Notes: generated by a model not told the origin, from the letters alone. DNA of 64,000 nucleotides from Salpingoeca rosetta (GCA_033442325.1 JAWQFM010000015.1:566318-630317); one strand, 5' to 3'; counted from the stretch's first letter, positions 1 to 29,496 are shown. Translations and numbers: made by a program.

Positions 1-1
1 G

Positions 2-1054
2 CAAACGTTCCTGGCAGAGACGATGGCTGAGGAGCGGCAGTGCATGGGCCGCACGGCTCGGCAGGGTGAGCCGGGCAGCTACTCGATGGTGCTGCGCCGT
101 GAGCAGCTGGAGAAGTTTGATGTGGACTTTGAAGCGCTCGACAAGCAGGAGAGCAGTCACGAGCTGCGCAAGTATCTTCACGAGAGGCGCGATGATGCGT
201 TTGGGAAGCAGTTCAAGCAGTCGTACGAGATTGCGCGGGCTGTGAAGAAGGAGCACGAGGAATCGATGGCATTCCTTGAGGAACTGAGTGGCGAGCGCAA
301 GGCTGAAGTGGTGAAGGCGCTTGAGAAATGGAACTACACGCGCGAGGTGGCGTCCAAGGTCACGCGCACATTCTACGCGCTCGATTGCACTTGCTCCATG
401 AGCACCAGCTTGAAGAAGACCACGCAAGTCATTGGCACCGTCTTTGAGCGCACCGAGAAGATTCTTGACGACGCCGGCTTGCTTGGCAACAGCGATGTCG
501 CCATGCAGCTGGCGGCATACCGCAACTACAACGTGGATGCGGACCAGCTGCAGCAGGTGTCGGGCTGGGAGCAGAACCCGCTTGCACTGCGGCAGTTCCT
601 GTTTGGCCTGAAGGTGAATGGTGGCTGGGGCAACGAAGCCATTGAGGTTGCGCTTCACCGCGCCAACACGGAGAAGGACGTGTCGCAGGTGATTTTGATT
701 GGCGACGCACCAGCCAACTCCCCAGATGAGGTGGCATCCAAGCGAAACAGCAAAGGTGAGCGTTACTGGTCCAAGTTTCCCGAGTTTGCCAAATCCACGA
801 CCGCTGAGACCGAGCTGCAGAAGCTGAAAGAGAAAGGCATCCCGGTTCATGCCTTCTACATTCAACCGCGCGCAAAGGACTTCTTTGAGCACGCCGCTCA
901 GGTGACTGGTGGGCGCTGCGAGTTCCTGGACATTGATGATGCGTCTGGGGCTGATCAGCTCACGAACCTTGTCTCCGAAGAGCTGCTGCGGCGCGCGGGC
1001 GGCGAACAAGGCAACCAACTCGTTGACACCTACCGAGCCACTTTCTGCAAGTGA
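2..1054 (+). CDS. VWA (von Willebrand factor A) domain protein, 3' part; frame is open to the window edge
   Basis: MIDAS-like DCTCSMS, followed by YRNY, GGWGNEAIEVAL and VILIGDAP motifs typical of vWA domains. No stop between position 2 and the ATG at 23, so the true start may lie upstream. Stop TGA at 1052-1054. Confidence 0.8.
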   Translation, partial: QTFLAETMAEERQCMGRTARQGEPGSYSMVLRREQLEKFDVDFEALDKQESSHELRKYLHERRDDAFGKQFKQSYEIARAVKKEHEESMAFLEELSGERKAEVVKALEKWNYTREVASKVTRTFYALDCTCSMSTSLKKTTQVIGTVFERTEKILDDAGLLGNSDVAMQLAAYRNYNVDADQLQQVSGWEQNPLALRQFLFGLKVNGGWGNEAIEVALHRANTEKDVSQVILIGDAPANSPDEVASKRNSKGERYWSKFPEFAKSTTAETELQKLKEKGIPVHAFYIQPRAKDFFEHAAQVTGGRCEFLDIDDASGADQLTNLVSEELLRRAGGEQGNQLVDTYRATFCK

Positions 1055-1451
1055 TCTGATTTGTGATGTGATATGTGTGTGTGTGTGTGAATGGACCTAA
1101 AGACTGACTCGTTGCGATATTGTTTTGTTTGGGTTGTCTGTGTGTGTTGTGCCTGCATGCTTTTGCGTTTGCCCTCTTTTCTGTTGTGAAACGAGTTGCT
1201 GTCTTCTGTTTCTACGTTTAAAGAGCATGTGTACGTTGAGTAAACATCAAGAACAACGAGCAAACAGAGACCCTTTTGTCGCTTGAGTGAAGGAATAGAT
1301 GCGGTGTGAGTGCCTGAGCGCCTGAGCGCTGAGCGACATCATCACGCAGAAGACGTGGGTCAGACAGCAATGGGTGCATGACCGGCCAGGTAAGACCTCA
1401 TTGCGACACCACAAATTCATCGCCGCCTCGTGTGTGTTTCGTGCAACAACG

Positions 1452-1765
1452 ATGATGCTCTTCGCTGACGGTCTCAAAGTGTGGCACGTCCAGGTGCGTT
1501 CACACTATCAAACCTTTGCCCCCCCCCCATCAATCCCCATCAACCCAGCCCAGGCACCATTCCCTCCCAGCTTCGCGCTCATCATGCTCTCTGACTTCAT
1601 GCTTTCCTTAAATGCCGTAGGCCGCTGGCCTGGCGTTCCTTGGCGGACTTGCGACCGTGATTGAGCGCCGTGCCGCCATGCGCGGCTGCAACCGCGAGCC
1701 CATGCCAGGTCAGTGGACCAGAAGGTAGTGTGTGTGTGTGCGTGTGCGTGTGCGTGTGCGTGTGC

Positions 1766-1797
<32 letters not shown>

Positions 1798-2474
1798 GTG
1801 CGTGTGCGTGTGCGTGTGCGTGTGCGTGTGCGTGTGCTCTGTGTATTTGTGTGCGTGTGTTCGGTGTGTGTGTGTGTGAATGTGTGCTTGCACAAACACA
1901 CTGCCTGCGCCAACGTTGAGCATGAATGGTGACAATCACATAGTCCCCTCGCACACTCACACGCACTTGCACACATTCACCCACTCTCTTCATGCAGCAT
2001 GGTTTGACCGGTTCCTTCGCATCGCTTTCCTTGGCATCCTGGTATGCATGCTCCCTCATTTTCTTGCGTGCGCCATGGGCGTGTTGTGCACACTGACTGA
2101 CACAACAAGCTCACCTTCCCCACCTCATTGTCCATCCCAACTTCGCTGGTGCAGGCCGCCCCGACGTGCTACACACTGGACACGACCATCATGCCGTTTC
2201 CCATCTGCATCCCTGCTCTCTTGGTGCGCTATGTCACACCATGCAACTTGCTGCAGCCACAAATGCTCCAGAGCATCACACCCACTCCCTTGCATCCACA
2301 CCCACACATCCCCGCTCGTTCACGCTCACTCACAAATTTCCCTCTTCACTCTCTCACTTTTGTTCCCATTGTTATCCCAGCTGTACATGATTCCCTACTC
2401 CGACCTCTGTGAGCAACACGGCGGCCGCACCACCCTCCGCGCGGTGAGAATGCATCCACGTGTTGCATGCCATG

Positions 2475-2545
<71 letters not shown>

Positions 2546-3778
2546 TGAGTGTGAGTGTGAGTGTGTGTGTGTGTGTGAGTGTGAGTGTGTGTGTGAGTGA
2601 GAGAGAGAGAGTGTGTGTGTGTGTGTCGTGTGTTTTGTAATGGTCGCCGTCCGCCACCCCCTGCCCCCCTCACGCGCACTCTTTGCCCCTCCTTCACTGG
2701 CTATCACCTGGACACAGCGCAAGTGGGCACTGTTCAAGTGGCTTCGCAAGCGCTTCCACGTGCAGCTCGTCAAGACAGCTGACCTGAACCCCGACCAATC
2801 GTACGCATGTGTTGAAAATGTTGGCGAGCGTGTTGTGGTTTTGTTTCCGTTCTCCCGCACCCCTCTTCCCTCCTGTCTCCGACTTGACCTGACTGTATGT
2901 CACTCACCCACTGACCACCACCACCATCACCTTTGCTGCACCCATCGCAGGTACATCTTTGGCCTCCACCCGCACTCTGTCCTTCCCTTTGGCGCCATGA
3001 TCGCCATTGGCGACGAGACCGAGGACTCGCAGTTCAAGGTGCGGCAGTTCTGGTGGCGACGATGGTGGTGGTGATCGTGGCACTGCTGGTGGCGGTGGTA
3101 TTGGTGTTGGTGGCGGCGGTGGTGGTGATTGTGGCGGTGAAGTGTAATGAACGGGGTGGATGGTGATGATGACAGCAGTGCGCGGGCGCTCACCGCTGCA
3201 GACCATTGGGTGGCATCGACTCGTCTCTCTTGTTGCACCTCCGCGCTTCATGTGGCGGCTTTGCCTCAATTCTCGCCAATGGTCACACTCCCGCCACCCT
3301 TTGCCACCCTTCCCACCCCTGCTCTGTTCTGTTCTGGTGTGAAGAAATTGTTCCCCGGCATTGACTTCCGCACGCTCGCCGCCACCTTCTGCTTCTACGT
3401 CCCCGTGTATCGTGACATCCTCCTCTGGGGTGGTGAGCAGAGATGCCATTGCTTGCACACTTCCTGTATGGCTCGACCTGCACCTGCTGCGCACTCCCTT
3501 CACCGATGCACTCGCGGTCAAAAGAACGGCCATATGCCAGCCCATCCCTCAACCACACCTCCCACCCCGTGTGCGTGCGTGCGCGCGTGTGTGTATGTTT
3601 GTGCTTGTGTGTGTTTGTGTGTGTTGGTGTGTATGTTGATGTGCATGTGCATGTGTTTGCGTTGTCGTTTGCTGCAGGTGTTGTTGACGCTGCGCGGTAC
3701 AGCGCCAAGCGCATCCTCAACATGGGCCTCTCCCTCGCCCTCGTCCCCGGCGGCGGTGCGTCACCTGCCGCTCGATAT

Positions 3779-3820
<42 letters not shown>

Positions 3821-4261
3821 TGTTATTGTGGTGTTTGCTCGGAAGGTGCCTGACGTGACATGGCCATCCCACCCCCAACCTGCACTACCTCACACTTCCT
3901 CACCCCACCCTGCCCACCTTTACATCACCCATCTCTCCCCCATGCTTCCACCTCACACGACCAACCTGCTCCACCCTCATTCATCCTCACCCATCCTCGT
4001 CCATCTTCACCCATCCTCATCCGCACCAGCAACGGAGGCACTGCACTGCCATCCGGAGAAGGACGTCGTGTACCTGAAGAACAGACGCGGGTTCATCAAG
4101 CTCGCGCTTGAGACAGGCAGCCACCTCGTCCCCGTCTTCTCGTTCGTACGTCGACGCACTTGCATGTAGCCATGTTGGGCTTGTTGTCGTTGCACTGCTT
4201 GCGCTGTTGCTGCTCTCACTGTTGTGTGTCAGTCATTCGCAAGTGCGCACTCATGGTTGTT

Positions 4262-4333
<72 letters not shown>

Positions 4334-5101
4334 ATCACATTGCAGAACGAGAACAACACATACGACCTGATCGGCATCGACAACCCCCTCATCGACAAGC
4401 TGAAGAACAAGTTCCAGGTCACACAAAACCAAAAACACATACACACACACCCTCCTGGGCCTTCAACCTCTTTTGTCCGTTGCCCCTATCTCCCCCATTC
4501 ATCCTTCGTTCCTTCCATCCTTCATTCCTTCCATCCTTCATTCCTTCCATCCATCCACCCCAGTATTTCCTCTCTGCTTCCTTCCTCCCCTCCCCCCTAC
4601 CCTAATCCTGCACTTCCCTTGCTGAGAAGACGCGATCGAGCCGGGCGCAGCTGCCACGCCACACCTTTGTGTGGCCGTGTGCTTCAAGGCCCCTCAATGA
4701 CGATTGCGACACGGCGAGCCACCCAGTGGCGGGGAAGAAGAACAACCCGCACTGTGCCCCGCTTTTTTTTTTTTTTGCGCGCGATGCCTCCCATCATCCA
4801 CCCCATGTGCTGTCGCTTCCATGTGATGCACGTGTGGTGGCTTTGATGGTGTCGTTTGGGCTTGGTGTACTCGGGGGCTCTTGGTGTCGGTGTTCACTTG
4901 CTTCGTCCAGTGATTCATGAGGCTGCTGAACCACTTTCCTAATGTTCCCTGGCATGCCCTCACGCCGATGCGTGCCCCCACAAACCCTACTCTTCACCAC
5001 CTCTTGCTTCTTTCCCTTTTCCTTCCCTTTCTTTTCTGCCTTCTTTCACTGCTCCTTGTTGTTTGAAGTGTGGAGCTCCCCTGTCTGAACTTGAGTGAAA
5101 C

Positions 5102-5157
<56 letters not shown>

Positions 5158-5596
5158 TATCTGCACTGCACATTCCTCACCCGCATCCCCCATCACACCA
5201 CCCCATCCCTCCCCCCTTTTCCCTCTGTACAGCGCGTGTTTGGCATCTCGCTGCCGCTGATCAAGAACGTGCTGCCGAAGGAGTGCCACATCACGACAGT
5301 TGTCGGCGCCCCGATCGCCGTCCCAAAGATCGAGGACCCCTCGAAGGAGCAGGTGCGGGACAGTTGGGCAAAAGGGGGTGGTTTGGTTGGTTGGTTGGTT
5401 GGCGTGATTGTGACGTGAGAGAGTGGCGTTGTGGTGCGAGTGCGTGCCAAGCCAATGGGCTCTGTTCCTTTGACTCATTTCATGCCTGGTTGCCATCGTG
5501 TCACAGGTCCAGCAATACCTGAACCAATACATCGAGGCGCTGCGCAAGGTGGGGTGTGCTTGCCGTGCTGTGAAATTCCTGCAACCACGCAACACG

Positions 5597-5652
<56 letters not shown>

Positions 5653-5856
5653 CACACACACACACACACACACACACATCACACACACACATCGCGCACG
5701 CAGACGCGCGCGCGCGCACACAACATGCACATGTACACTGCCCCTGAATCTCACGTAACCCTCCTTCACCCTCGTCACCGCCGTGTTCAGCTGTACAACG
5801 ACAACCGCGAGAAGTACAACATCCCCAAGACGAAACCGCCACTTGAGATCATCTGA
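1452..5856 (+). CDS. Diacylglycerol/monoacylglycerol O-acyltransferase (DGAT2/MOGAT family), about 14 exons
   Basis: GT-AG exons give RFHVQLVKTADLNPDQSYIFGLHPHSVLPFG (2718-3038), LALVPGGATEAL...KNRRGFIKLALETGSHLVPVFSFNEN (3678-4417), ITTVVGAPIAVPKIEDPSKEQVQQYLNQYIEAL (5233-5549) and a last exon LYNDNREKYNIPKTKPPLEII* (5791-5856). The start codon (1452) is less certain. Confidence 0.9.
4640..4776 (+). ncRNA. Candidate structured small RNA inside DGAT2 intron (unassigned)
   Basis: 5' GCCGGGCGCAG (4640-4650) pairs with 3' CTGTGCCCCGC (4752-4762), there are several internal hairpins, and a 14-T run follows immediately. Confidence 0.35.
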
Positions 5857-6351
5857 GCCAAACTGCCAACTCTCTGCCCCGCGTCCGCTATCCAAGACGC
5901 CATGATCATGTGTCCGCATGTGTCCGCGCACATGCATACTTACATACCCATACACTCACTGGTTGCATTGCCAGCGTTACGTGCCCCCTTTCACTGTGTG
6001 TTTTGTGGCGTGCCAAGTTGCTGTCATGTGCACCAGCCCATTGCCTCTTTACCGTGTCTTTGTGTGGCCTGCTGTTGCTGTTCCCTCCCCCTACCACCAC
6101 CACCACCACCACCCATTCTGCTGTCTCTTCTTGAGCTGCTGCATGTCTCTTCATGGATCCATTATTAGATTGTGAGGATATAACACAATGGCAGTCAACA
6201 TGTGTGCGTGTGTGCGTGTGTGCGCGTGTGTGCGTGCGTGTGTGCGCGCGTGTGTGTGTGTGAACCAAGGAACGAAGCAGAATCGATGTAACGGAGCGCA
6301 CAACGGAAAGCAATTGCGCCATCAAGAACATCACACGTCCCACTATCCCTC

Positions 6352-6436
<85 letters not shown>

Positions 6437-6478
6437 GGGCTATGTCTAGTTTGTTTCTCGCACGATCCGTGTCACGCT

Positions 6479-14019
<7,541 letters not shown>

Positions 14020-14874
14020 GGCTGGGTGGCGGTGACAGTGATGAATGAAGGTGATGTCAAGTGTATCTTCCTTCCCCTTTCTTGTTCCTCTTCCTTCGCA
14101 ACCACCACGCACATGCACACGCACACTCACACGCACACTCACACGCACACGCACACACGCGTTTGGGGTTTGAAATGGATGTATGAATGAGTTCGTGGTG
14201 TTTCAGGATCCACTTGCTGATACTGTCAATCAGCAAACAACCAAGCAAACAAGCAAACAAAAAGGCTGTGCTGTGCTGTGCTGTGCTGTGCTGTGCTGTG
14301 CTGTGCTGTTCTCGTGTGCACTGGCCAAGCACCACCCCTCTCTCTCTGTCTCGATCGCTGTTGTTGGAACGCTCGTTTTTGGCACCACACCAACCACCAC
14401 GCCTAAGTTCCCCAAAGAAAGGCGGACGCACACAACCTGCCAAAAATACACTCGCACACCCAACTTTACCTTTTCTCTGGCACAATTCCATGCACTTTTA
14501 CAGAATGTTTTAGGTTCGCTTTTTCTTGAAGCTCTTAGTCGCGAAGGCCAGAACGTTTTGGCAGTGCGAAGCTGCAAGCGCGTCCCACCCACTGCACACA
14601 ACAAAAGGGTGGGAAATCAAGCCACGGTGTTTGTTGGCCCAGAGCTCGCCAGCGTGTCCATGATTCACGCGAACTCCCCCTCCTTCAATTCCTTTCCTTG
14701 CTTCGCTTCATCAAACAGCAGCATCACGCGAGCACTGCATCTCACCCCTCCACCTTCCTCCTCTCGCCTCTCCTCGCCATCAACCGTCCGCCATCACGGC
14801 TCTGCGGCCGTCATCACCGCCACCTGAGTGTGGCTGGAGCTGGCAGCGTCACCCATCATGCTTCTCCACGACCA

Positions 14875-22675
<7,801 letters not shown>

Positions 22676-23503
22676 ACGCGTGTGACTCTTATTTCTCTGT
22701 TCTCTGAAGGTTTCCAACCTCTGCTTGTTCGTTGTTTGATTCACTGTTCTCGTTTGCTTGTTTGGTCAGTTGGTTGACATGAATGATGGTCTGCTTGTAT
22801 TAGTTGTCTGTTTGATTGAATGTTTGAATGACCGCGTTTGCACAATTACTCAAACCACACGTGCCCATGCTCGCGCGCACGCGCGTACATGAGTGCACGT
22901 TCACGTTATGGCGTATGCACACGCATTCCACTGTGATGTACCCTCCCCCTGCAACTGATCGACCTTCAGCAAGTCATATGCGACCCGTTAGTTCATTCTC
23001 TCTCGATTACTTGAGGCTCTTTCGCTAATGTTGTGGGAGCGTTGCCGTTGTCTTGCACCCTCAACACCTGTTTCTCGGCTGACGTTTATGCCTGTCAGGT
23101 ATGTTGTTTGCTTGCTTTCAGAGTGACAGAATATCCTTTAGTTGACCCTGTTTGCTTGCTCGTTCGGTTGATCCTTCGTTTTGCCTGATAAACAATCGTG
23201 AAATGATCTTCACCTCACCCTCGGCAGCCTTCACGTCAACATGTCACACTCATTGCAGCTTGAGTTCTGTATTGCTGTTGCGATGATCGTACATCATCAC
23301 AACGCCACAGCCACAGCAGTCCTCTTGAGCGTAACAGCCAATCAACAAGCAACCATCCATCCGCCTAGTTCCCACCAGTCCACCATTCACCACACGCCAC
23401 ACCCCACCACCACTCAATAGCAACACCACCACCACCACCACCACATGCCAACACCTCAACAGCAACACCAAACACACCCCACATCATCCACCACGACCGC
23501 GGC

Positions 23504-25358
23504 TCATTTCGCTTTCGTCAGCACAATGTCGTCGCCCTCCACATCTGCGCGGATGTGCGACTTTGGCGGGAATGTCCCGTCCAGCATCTTGACCGCCAGC
23601 GGGTTCATCACGTGCTGCTTGATGACGCGGTTGAGCGGACGCGCGCCATACGTCGGGTTGTATCCCGCGTCGCACAGCCACGTCCGCGCAGCCGGCGTCA
23701 GCTCGAGGTCAAGGTCCTTGTCCTCCAGCTGGTATTGCAGCTGTTCCATTGTGGGCGTGTGTGTTTGCGTGTGAGTGTGCGTGTTTGCGTGTGAGTGTGC
23801 GCGTGTGCGTGTGTGTTTGCGTATGCGTGCGTGTTTGCGTGTGAGAGTGCGTGTGTGTTTGCGTGTGAGTGCGTGTTTGCGTGACTTGGTGATGGATAAA
23901 GACGACTTGCAACATCGAAAACACTGCAGCTGAACCACATCATTTCATCCAGCAGCACGACACCGACTGAAAACACCACCACGCGTGTGCACACCTCCTT
24001 CACTCTGATATCGAGGATTGCGTCCATATCCTCACGGCTGAGGCGGTTGAACACAACCAGCTCATCTGCAGTGATGCGTGTTTGTTTGTTTTGATGAATG
24101 GAAGGGGGGAGGTGATTAGGAAGCTGCGGGTGAAATATCAAAGACGCGACAAGTGCAGCACAAGCCAGCAGAAACACGAGTCAAAATGCACACACACACA
24201 CACGCACACACGCACGCACACACGCACACACACGCAGCTTTCAATCATCTGTGCTAACACAACACAACACAGCAGCGAGCAGCGCACCGATTCTGTTGAC
24301 GAATTCCGGGGAAAAGTGCTCGCGAACCTGTGGCGATGATGGAGTCATGAGGTGAGGATCGCGGCCAAGACTCACCTTTCCATTCACACGCACACGCACA
24401 CGCACACGCACACGCACACGCACACGCACACACACACACACACGCAGCATTCACACACACACGCACACGCATACGCACACGCACACGCACACGCACACGC
24501 AGCATTCACACACTTGGCGTCTCACCCGCTTCGTGATGATGTCGTTGAACATTGCGTCACTGCTCTTGTCGGAGCCACCGGCGAGAATGTCCGCTCCAAT
24601 ATTGGACGTCATCACAATGATTGTGTTTGTAAAATCGACCTGATGTGGTGGATGGATTGGAGGAATGGATGGAGCAGAAACAAGGTGAGTAGAAACAAGG
24701 TAAATGGTGTGGAAGGGCCGCCGCAACAGAGGACACCGAATACACTCGCATACACAAACCAAAAACGCGTGAATCGGTGTTCACATGCATGTACATGTCA
24801 GCCAACACACACGCAGGTACACACACACACACACACACACACAAACAGCACAAGGTGCGTCACACGGGCAGCGATACCTTGTGTCCCTGGCTGTCTGTGA
24901 GGTGGCCGTCATCAAGGACTTGCAGCATCAAGTTGCTCACTTCCCGATGTGCCTTCTCAAACTCTGAACAGGGAAGTGAAGAGGTGCGATGGTGTTGCGC
25001 GGTGAGCAGAGGAAAGCAGTGTGTTTGCAACAACGCAAATCGTTTTGTATACATGCGTGTGCATGTGCATGCATTTGCATTTGCATTTGCATATGCTGAA
25101 TGCACTCTCTCATCACCTTCATTTCACCACCTCCCCTATCACAATCATCCCCTATCACAATCATCCACTATCACAATCATCCACGAGCACGAGCACGACC
25201 ACCATCACCACCTCTCTCTCACTCTCTCACCGTCGAGGAGAATGACGCTGTAAGGGCGGCGGCGAACGGCTTCTGTCAGCATCCCGCCCTCCTCATAGCC
25301 GACATACCCTAACCAATGATGATGATGATGCAACGCAGCACGGGGTGGTGTGAGTGAA

Positions 25359-25440
<82 letters not shown>

Positions 25441-26900
25441 GGGTGGGTGGGTGTGTGGGTGTGGATGCGAATGATGGGATGAAGGGAGACAGCACAGCGA
25501 TGAAATATTTCACACCATAGTCCTGAAAATGCTCCACTTGCAAGCGAGCATACGCGCACGCACACAGACAGACACACAAACACACACACAAACACACACA
25601 CTCACACATACACACATACACACACCACGCACCTGGCGGGGCGCCGATGAGACGGCTGACGGAGAACCGCTCCATGTACTCGCTCATGTCCTGCCCGACA
25701 CAAAGCAGCGACGTGGCGGTGCGAAGAGAGGGCGTGAAGGGATATAGCGCGGGGAAAGGTGTACAAGTGAGGTAATCACACACACACAGTCACAGTCACA
25801 CAGACACACAGACACACACAGACACACAGACACACACAGACACACACACACAGACACACACACACACACAGACACACACACACACAATACCAGCACCACG
25901 GTCATGGTGACGTACAATGCGGATCATCGCGGCCTCTGTGTCGAAGAGGGAGGCCGCCATGGCCTTACACAGCTCCGTCTTGCCAACACCTGTCGGCCCC
26001 AGGAACATGAACGAGGCGATGGGTCGGTTGCGACTGGCCAGGCCTGCACGGCTTAAGCGAACAGCGTTGCTGACGGCGGTCAGCGCGTGGTCCTGCCCAA
26101 TCACGCGCGCCTGGCATGGTGGCAAGCGTTGATGGTTGTGGTGGAGATGGTGGTTTGAACACGCGTGATGGTGATGATGGGAGTGAGTGAGGGTGGCAAG
26201 TTGGGCCACGGCAGAGCAAAGCAGAATTTTTATCAACGATGCGTTAGGGCAAGCCACGCACAACGGGGGATAATCAGCGAACCTCGTCAAGCGTTCACAG
26301 ATACATAATAGAATGACATGACACGATCACACGCCATGCTGGCATTGCGCGTACCCTAAGGTGGTCCTCGAGTTGCAGCAGCTTCTCCTTCTCCGATTGC
26401 ATCATGGTGCGGACTGGAATGCCGGTGATGCGTGACACAACCTATTTGGCATGTTGGTTGCAACATCGCAGGTGCAGTGTCAATCACACGTTGAACGTGG
26501 AAGCGTGTGTGCAGACACGCACACCGCACGTTGCAGTAGCGAAACGGGGTGTTTTCACACACAACGACGGCAGCACACGAACAGAAACTTCACGAGCAGC
26601 ATGGTGCTTGCAAGCACCGTCCATGCACGCATGATGCGCGCTCGCACCTCTGCAATGTCGCGCGAGGTGACGGCTTCGCCGAGGAGACGCGCAGCGTGCT
26701 CGTGGTTGAGCTGTGCCTCCTGTGCATGCATGCGACATGAGAAGAGTGGGTGGCATGCGGAAGTGGCATTGCAGCAGGGGAGATGGAAAGATGGAAGTAG
26801 CACCAGCAACCAAAAAAAAAATATTATGCGTGTGTGTCTTCGCGCTGTCCTCTGCAACTTTCCTCACACACACACACACACGCACGCACGCACGCACGCA

Positions 26901-26936
<36 letters not shown>

Positions 26937-29496
26937 AGCGTGACGATAGATCACAGCATCACCACCAGTCACCACAACATCATCAGAAGGCACAACATCA
27001 TCAGCAGGCACCACGTGACCACAGTCATACCTCTTCCTCGTGCGCCTCAACCTTCTTCTCCAGTTCTGGGATGTCGCCGTATTGGAGTTTGCTTGCAAGC
27101 TCGTAATCGCCGCGACGCATCGCATTCTGCAGGTCGATCCTGGTGGCGATCACAGTGATGGCGATGGTGCAGGGATAAGCCATGATGAGTTGAACAGAAG
27201 TGAGAGACGATGCCTTGAAGAGGCAAGGATTGAAAACACACGTACGCACACACACACACACACATACACACACACACAGACACACACACACACGCGCGCG
27301 CACACAGACACAACGAAAGCAGCCACAGAAAATCATACACACCTGAGTTTGTCGAGGCGTTCGCGGTCTTCATTGCGCTGTTCAATTTCCCGTCGCTCCT
27401 CCTGCCAGCGGCTGATGAAAAGGGACACAGCAGAAGTGGAAGAGGTGGTGGTGGTGGAAGGCGCGGTGGCAGAGATAAGGTCATGCATTGAGTAGTGCTG
27501 GAAACAACGAATACACCCCAGCGCGTACAACACACACACATTGCACACGCACACACACACGCACGCACACGCACACACGCACACACACACAAGCACACAC
27601 GAATCACACAGGTCGTTACACTTGCCCCTCCCTGTTTCCCCCTTTGCTGCCTTTCGATCGCTCCAGACCACACCGCTTCTCACGCGCGACTTACGCGGTG
27701 AGCTCGTCGACCTCCTTCTGCTTCTCCTTGAGCTGATTGTTCAAGAGTTCGCGCCGGCGCCGGGACCCTTCGTCCTTCTCCTTCTTCAGCGCTTCAAGCT
27801 CAATCTTGATGGTCAAAATGTCGTGGTCTGCATCCACACACATACGCATACACATTCACAGGACCATGTGCACAAGCATGTATGCACCATGCGTTCATGG
27901 AAGAAGCAAGCACCGACAACGATAGATGCCGTGAGTGGGAAGGTGTCACAACTTGGAACAGCAACATCGTGCAAGTGTGATGCCTTGCAGCGTAGTTGCA
28001 AAGCATCTTTTCACCAATGCAAGCTGCATGCATGCAATTTCGCACCGAGACTATCAATTGATTCTGGTTTGCTCTCCTGCTGCAGACGAAGACGTGATGC
28101 GGCCTCGTCCACAAGATCAACGGCCTGAGAGTGATGGCGGTGGTGAGTAGGAAGGCAGTGACTTGTCAGATCTCTCTCTTTCATACACACACGCACACAC
28201 ACGCACACACACGCACACACGCACGCACACACGCACGCACACTCGCACACACACACACGCACACACACACGCACGCACGTACCTTGTCTGGCAGGAAGCG
28301 GTCTGTGATGTATCTGTCGGACTGCGTTGCGGCGGCAACGAGCGCGCTGTCTGTGATCTTCACGCCGTGGTGCACCTCATACTTCTCCTTGAGCCCGCGC
28401 AGGATGGAGATGGTGTCCTGCACGCTAGGCTCCGCCACCTGGACAGGTTGAAACCTCCGGGCGAGGGCGGCGTCCTTCTCAATGTACTTGCGGTATTCCT
28501 CCATTGTTGTCGCGCCGAGCAGCTGCAGTTCTCCACGCGCAAGCGACGGCTTAAGGATGTTGCCTGAGGGGGAGTGGGGGCAGGGCAGGGCACTGGTTTG
28601 AGAGGAGGTACGCATATTTATGTGCGTGTGTTTATATGCGTGCGTGTGTGGGATGCTTATCTGCTCCCTTCTCCCTCCCTTCCTCCCTCCCTCCCTCATC
28701 CTCCTCATCCTCATCATGACCATCATGACCATCATCCCCACCCCCATACCCCGCTTCCTCCCTCTCCGCTCGGTGTCTGCTTACCTGCGTCCATGGCGCC
28801 GCCCATCTTCCCCATGTCCAGGATCAGGTGCATCTCGTCGATGAAGAGAATGTACTTGCCCGCGCCAGCCTTCACGTCGCTGATTACAGACTTGAGCCGC
28901 TGTTGCGACAACCGCGTGCATCATGGCAGTGGTGGTGGTGATGATGATGGTGGTGGTGGTAGTGGTGGTAGTGACAGTGGTGGCAATTGTGGTGGTGCAT
29001 GAGAGGAGTGGTGCGTGAGAGAAGGGCCGGCAGTGCTTCCAACGAACCACGCAGCTCAAGCGGCCCAGACAAGTTTCAAACACCCAAACAAGTTTCAAAC
29101 ACTTTCAAACGCTTTGTCCTCAGCTTCATTCACCCATTCCACGATGCTCACCACCAACCCACTGCATCTTCCACCACCACAACAAGCACGTGAGCACGGC
29201 ACATTACATTACAAGGCGTGGCCATACCTCTTCAAACTCGCCGCGGTACGCTGCGCCGGCAATGAGCGCCGTCAGATCAAGCGCAATGACCTCCTTGTCT
29301 TTCATGCTGTCGGGAACGTCGCCAGAGAGGATGCGCTGTGCCAGGCCCTCGGCGATGGCTGTCTTGCCAACACCGGCAGAGCCAACCAGACACGGGTTGG
29401 ACTTTGTGCGCCGCGACAGCACCTATGTCGCGTGCGTGTGTGCGTGCGTGCGTGTGTGAGGTGTGTGTGTGTGTGTGCGAGGTGTGTGTGTGTGAG

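Noticed and set aside
4605-4776. TPP riboswitch (CTGAGA at 4622) or tRNA-Sec (CTTCAA) interpretation of the intronic structure
   Set aside because: The TPP 3' half (CCUGAU...AUG...CGUAGGGA) is missing; there is no T-loop TTC and no correct anticodon-arm geometry for a tRNA; it is too short for 7SL.
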